Shown: positions 59,611 to 64,000 of the stretch, piece by piece
How positions within the stretch are numbered: position 1 is the first letter of the stretch
Layout: every line of letters begins with the position of its first letter
IMG/VR virus record: IMGVR_UViG_3300020198_000887
Location: 78,295-142,294 of that record
Strand: one strand, 5' to 3'
DNA: 64,000 nucleotides
Source: a virus
Notes under the pieces: generated by a model
Seen by the model: only the letters and a program-made list of their open reading frames with translations
The model's database searches: none
Told to the model about the DNA's origin: nothing
Translations under genes and position numbers: made by a program

Positions 59611-60612
59611 ATGCGATACCTAAGACAACAAGTTTTAAATCGTAGAACACCACACGACCAACGGTTAACTGTTGATATGTCACATGGTGTTATCATGAAT
59701 ACACCTAACAACTTATTATTACCAAAGGGCACTACTGAGGAACGACCAGTATCACCGTTAAATGGAATGATTAGATATAACATAACTACCAGTGAATTGG
59801 AAGTATACCAAGTTAACAACTGGCGTGCATTGCGATTCAAAGAATCCACCCACATTACACAACAAAATTTAGGAGCTGGTGATAGCGATAATGTTTTTTT
59901 CGGGCCATTAAATCCAGCGCCACCAACGACGGTACAAAGTGGTACAACGTGGGGTGGTCAAAACTTATTAGTTATTGTGGAAAATGTTATTCAATTGTCC
60001 AACATAAATTATACAATAGTTCAGAACCCATCAGTTCCAACGGAATCATATACTGGTTCATTGAGTGCAGAAGCAACTGATGGGGTGGATACACTATATT
60101 TCAATTCAAGCGTTAATTGTTCGGGTGCAACGGGTGATGGAAATACTACAACTATAACTTTTGATTCACACTCACAAACGCCGTTTGCAATCGGCTCAAC
60201 AATTACGGTGACTAATTTTATTCCAGTATCATTTAATGGTGTATATACTGTTTCAGCCTCAGCAACAAATTCGGTTAGCTTCCTCAATGGGGCAAGCGGG
60301 GTGGCATCGTTTTATGGAACAGTTACCAGCAATAATACAATATACACCTCTATAGATTTAGTTGGTGCAGTTGTAACCGGAAATCCTAGTATACAACCCA
60401 ATACTGTAGTAGTGTCATATGAATCTGACCCACAAACCGACGCGCTGATAAAAATAGTGTTAAATAAACCATTGGTAACAGCTAGTATTAACGCCAATGC
60501 GGTAATTACGTTAACAGCGGTGACATATACTGGATCTGGGTACTTTTTAAAATTTAGTTCACCAGTACCAGTTGGCAAAACAGTTACTGTTCTACACGGG
60601 TTTGACCAATAA
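59611..60612 (+). CDS. Virion structural protein (fibre/whisker-like)
   Basis: LLLPKGTTEERP..GMIRYN....LEVY motif; VIVENVIQ and FSSPVP.GK.VTVLHGFD. Confidence 0.65.
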   Translation: MRYLRQQVLNRRTPHDQRLTVDMSHGVIMNTPNNLLLPKGTTEERPVSPLNGMIRYNITTSELEVYQVNNWRALRFKESTHITQQNLGAGDSDNVFFGPLNPAPPTTVQSGTTWGGQNLLVIVENVIQLSNINYTIVQNPSVPTESYTGSLSAEATDGVDTLYFNSSVNCSGATGDGNTTTITFDSHSQTPFAIGSTITVTNFIPVSFNGVYTVSASATNSVSFLNGASGVASFYGTVTSNNTIYTSIDLVGAVVTGNPSIQPNTVVVSYESDPQTDALIKIVLNKPLVTASINANAVITLTAVTYTGSGYFLKFSSPVPVGKTVTVLHGFDQ

Positions 60613-60632
60613 AACTTTTTTAAGGATTCGCC

Positions 60633-63600
60633 ATGGGCATAGAAATGGGTAGAATTAGCGGCCCTCTCTTATCAGACAATCTGATAAGAAATGGTGTTGA
60701 CTTAGCAGTTGAAACAGATCTTCTATATTTTGATGTAATAAGTGGCAAAGTTGGTATCAACACAGATTCACCAGCCACACTACTAAACATTAGTGGTACA
60801 ACACAGACTACCTCTTTAATTGCCGATACACAAACAGATATTGACAGTTTTATTTTTGTTGGAAATAAAATACAACACATAACTGATAATATCTACATAC
60901 GGCCAAACCAAACATCCAACCCAGTTGTTGTATTGCCTCCCCTGCAATCCCAAAATTTACTGATTGGTCCCAATTTAATAGAAAATACAACCCTAAATAA
61001 TAACATTATTATTAGCTGCCATCCTTCTGGTAAGGTTAAATTTGACACTACCCTTGTTGATGTTGTTGGTAATATTCATTCTACTGGTAATATAACTTGG
61101 GATGGCACTATAACCTTTGGTAGTGATGCAATTGACAGCATCGACTTCAACGCGGGTATTGGTAGTGATTTAATTCCAGATTTGCCTGCATTTTACGAGT
61201 TGGGAAAGAATTATGCAACGGTTGGAAAACTGTATTCGACTAATGTAAAATCATTTAATATAACATCCACTAATTCTATTATAGTCAATGACTTTGATTT
61301 GTTATTAACACAAGGTAATACAATTTATGTTTCTAAAAATGGGGATGATAATAATCAAGGAACACACCTACAAGCAACATTCAAAACAATAAAACATGCA
61401 CTATTAACTGCACAAAATGGGGATGAAATAGTAATATTCCCTGGTGCATTTGCAGAAGATTTCCCACTAATAGTACCACAGGGGGTCAGCGTACGTGGAA
61501 TGAGTACCAATAGTGTGATTATTACACCAACACCATCCACAAATACGAATGATGCATTTTTACTACACGGTGACACTTCTGTTTCATTTGTAACGATAAA
61601 AGATTTCTTTATTAATAATATAACCAATACCGGGTATGCATTCAAGTTTGCACCAGATATCACTGTAAATTCACAAAGTCCATACATTTTTAATATCAAT
61701 GTTAATACATCAGGTACCGTTACTTCACCAAACGATCCACTTGGATTTGCGCATGGTGATGCTGGCGGCGGTGTGTATATCGACGGGGCATTGATAAATC
61801 CTATATCGCCAATATTCCCACCAGTGTTGATTTATTCATCAACTTTTATAACACCGAACCAAGATGCAATAGTTGCAACAAATGGCGCAAAACTGGAATG
61901 TAGCAATGTTGCTACCTATTACGCCAAACGCGGACTTTACCTAAAATCTGGAATTAATGGTGTATCAAATTCTGGATTAACCGCAAGTGTAGTTACAAAT
62001 GGAACCCCAGGTGAATCATGGGCCGCACCGGTGACATTGATTTACGCTGGTAAACTCAATGGAAAAAACTCATATTATCAGGGTGATAACCGTATAAACT
62101 GGACTGGAAGTGAATGGCGATTTTATAATATAACAGTCGGTACAGATGTCTACTATTCATCATTCGATAACGTGGAATACCCTTGGTTAGCAACGTCTTG
62201 GATAGCAACCGGTGCATTACTACCAGTTCCATCATTTACTAGTAACATTTCTCCTAAAAAATTTGGGGCCGAAGTTAGAATTACCAACAGTAAAAATGCA
62301 TATGGAACATATGGTTCAGTTGCAGATGGGTTCGGTACACTTGCGAATTTAACTGGACATACATTTGCATATATTGGTAATAATGGGGATTCACGTAGTT
62401 GGATTGATTCATCGAATCATGACAATGAACTCGTTGTAATAAACGGCGGCGTGATAAATCATGAAAGTATGCAACAACGCGGTACATATCGAGTTGGTGA
62501 TATAATTACCATAGACCAAGACAATAAACACATCACACTCACCGCTAACAATATAAACTTCGTGGATAAAAGTGAGGTAACGATAGCCAGTGAAAATGGC
62601 TTGGCCAATATCAATTCTTCTGGTATCCGCACAGATAATATATTAATCCAATCGAATGATATAAATTCATTGTACGGAACTGTAAAATTTAAATCCGCTG
62701 CTAATAAAATAAATCTGAATAATGATGTCAATGTTGCTGGTAGCATGAATATTACCGGGAATACTGTCGTTAAAGGTAATGTGTTCTTGGGGGATTCGTC
62801 GTTTGATACATTATCCATATTTCCGCTAATCGATCAAACACTATCACCAGATGATAATGCATTGATTTACTCATTGGGATTGGAAGATAAACGCTGGCGT
62901 GATGCATACTTAACAATGCTAAATGTAGATGGTGTTATCACCATTGAGAATAATACCATTACATCTACCACAGACTTGATACTTAACGCAGCTGGAACAG
63001 GTATAATATCAATCGATTCAACTGATGTTATAATATCCAATTTGATGTTGGTTAGTGGTTTTAGCGCATTACATAATATTGCACTATTAAACGAATTTCA
63101 ACATTCTGGCATATCCATTCACACCGGTGATATTACCAGAACTGGAAATACCAATATAACTGGGAATTTATCGGTTACTGCACTTGTTAATTTTGCTGAC
63201 ATTAAATTTGATAATAATGTATTAACTACTACCCTGCTTACAAATGATTTAACATTACTTGCTGATGGCAGTGGTATTGTTTCAATACCTACCAATGACG
63301 TACTAGTAGATAATAATTTAACAGCTGGTCACGCATATTTAAATTCAGCAGTGGTACTTACCACTACTACAGCTACTGAATTATTTGATAATGATATCTC
63401 GATTTACAATAATGTCATTACAACAACAATTTCATCTAATGACTTAATATTAAAAGCACATGGTACTGGTAGAATTTATGTTCCACTTAAAAATGTTGAA
63501 ATAACTAACGATTTAACAATTTCTGGTACATCTACCTTTGGTGCTGTTAATATTGGGACTGCATTACTGCCAAAAGTAGTAACACAGCAGGGTGATATTA

Positions 63601-64000
63601 TACAGACCGGTGATATTACCAGAACTGGAAATACCAATATAACTGGGAATTTATCGGTTACTACACTTGTTAATTTTGCTGATATCAAGGTTGATAATAA
63701 TGTATTAACTACTACCCTGCTTACAAATGATTTAACATTACTTGCTGATGGCAGTGGTATTGTTTCAATACCTACCAATGACGTACTAGTAGATAATAAT
63801 TTAACAGCTGGTCACGCATATTTAAATTCAGCAGTGGTACTTACCACTACTACAGCTACTGAATTATTTGATAATGATATCTCGATTTACAATAATGTCA
63901 TTACAACAACAATTTCATCTAATGACTTAATATTAAAAGCACATGGTACTGGTAGAATTTATGTTCCACTTAAAAATGTTGAAATAACTAACGATTTAAC
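60633..64000 (+). CDS. Large virion fibre protein with pectin-lyase-like beta-helix entry motif; runs off the window
   Basis: SD AAGGA, MGIEMGRISGPLLSDNLIRNGVDLAVETDLLYFDV; IYVSKNGDDNNQG..FKTIKHAL..GDEIVIFPG..PL.VP.GVSVRG; same frame still open at 63123; absent from the ORF track, consistent with no stop in the window. Confidence 0.8.
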   Translation, partial: MGIEMGRISGPLLSDNLIRNGVDLAVETDLLYFDVISGKVGINTDSPATLLNISGTTQTTSLIADTQTDIDSFIFVGNKIQHITDNIYIRPNQTSNPVVVLPPLQSQNLLIGPNLIENTTLNNNIIISCHPSGKVKFDTTLVDVVGNIHSTGNITWDGTITFGSDAIDSIDFNAGIGSDLIPDLPAFYELGKNYATVGKLYSTNVKSFNITSTNSIIVNDFDLLLTQGNTIYVSKNGDDNNQGTHLQATFKTIKHALLTAQNGDEIVIFPGAFAEDFPLIVPQGVSVRGMSTNSVIITPTPSTNTNDAFLLHGDTSVSFVTIKDFFINNITNTGYAFKFAPDITVNSQSPYIFNINVNTSGTVTSPNDPLGFAHGDAGGGVYIDGALINPISPIFPPVLIYSSTFITPNQDAIVATNGAKLECSNVATYYAKRGLYLKSGINGVSNSGLTASVVTNGTPGESWAAPVTLIYAGKLNGKNSYYQGDNRINWTGSEWRFYNITVGTDVYYSSFDNVEYPWLATSWIATGALLPVPSFTSNISPKKFGAEVRITNSKNAYGTYGSVADGFGTLANLTGHTFAYIGNNGDSRSWIDSSNHDNELVVINGGVINHESMQQRGTYRVGDIITIDQDNKHITLTANNINFVDKSEVTIASENGLANINSSGIRTDNILIQSNDINSLYGTVKFKSAANKINLNNDVNVAGSMNITGNTVVKGNVFLGDSSFDTLSIFPLIDQTLSPDDNALIYSLGLEDKRWRDAYLTMLNVDGVITIENNTITSTTDLILNAAGTGIISIDSTDVIISNLMLVSGFSALHNIALLNEFQHSGISIHTGDITRTGNTNITGNLSVTALVNFADIKFDNNVLTTTLLTNDLTLLADGSGIVSIPTNDVLVDNNLTAGHAYLNSAVVLTTTTATELFDNDISIYNNVITTTISSNDLILKAHGTGRIYVPLKNVEITNDLTISGTSTFGAVNIGTALLPKVVTQQGDIIQTGDITRTGNTNITGNLSVTTLVNFADIKVDNNVLTTTLLTNDLTLLADGSGIVSIPTNDVLVDNNLTAGHAYLNSAVVLTTTTATELFDNDISIYNNVITTTISSNDLILKAHGTGRIYVPLKNVEITNDL
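63123..64000 (+). repeat. Near-identical in-frame direct repeat, period 483 bp (161 aa)
   Basis: 63123-63517 matches 63606-64000 with 5 mismatches counted by eye. Confidence 0.95.

Noticed and set aside
44462-63778. Short minus-strand ORFs antisense to head, tape measure and fibre genes (all except 55682..57121)
   Set aside because: Shadow frames such as the poly-Ser mirror of the D/E tract; no SD or motifs
63123-64000. Diversity-generating retroelement TR/VR pair
   Set aside because: Mismatches are not adenine-specific, both copies are in-frame coding, and no reverse transcriptase is in the window
1-64000. Stop-codon reassignment as in some large phages
   Set aside because: Genes are full length and densely packed under code 11; TAG and TGA both serve as stops

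Overview
The window is a 64-kb segment of a large, AT-rich, T4-superfamily (gp23-type capsid, contractile tail) bacteriophage that uses the standard genetic code. The left half (1-36971, minus strand) is a baseplate and tail-fibre module: gp48/54-like, gp53, hub, gp5, gp25, gp6, a 4673-aa wedge protein, three paralogous fibre proteins, a 2205-aa Calx-beta-like repeat adhesin and a 2OG-Fe(II)-oxygenase-like gene. The middle carries the late sigma factor gp55, gp47/gp46, a GIY-YIG nuclease and a gp26/gp51-like pair. The right half (plus strand) carries a tape-measure-like gene, a portal with a 421-aa HNH intein, the protease, scaffold and major capsid genes, an inverted Hef-like endonuclease and further virion proteins. 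The most notable unexplained features are: (1) a ~500-nt non-coding region at 42035-42560 with its own sigma70 promoter, a terminal hairpin, many helices and three possible pseudoknots, directly behind the GIY-YIG gene; (2) a canonical -1 slippery site that would fuse the gp26-like ORF to the next ORF, as in lambda G/GT; (3) a switch-like structured leader at 57201-57277. All family assignments come from motif recognition by eye; no database searches were run.
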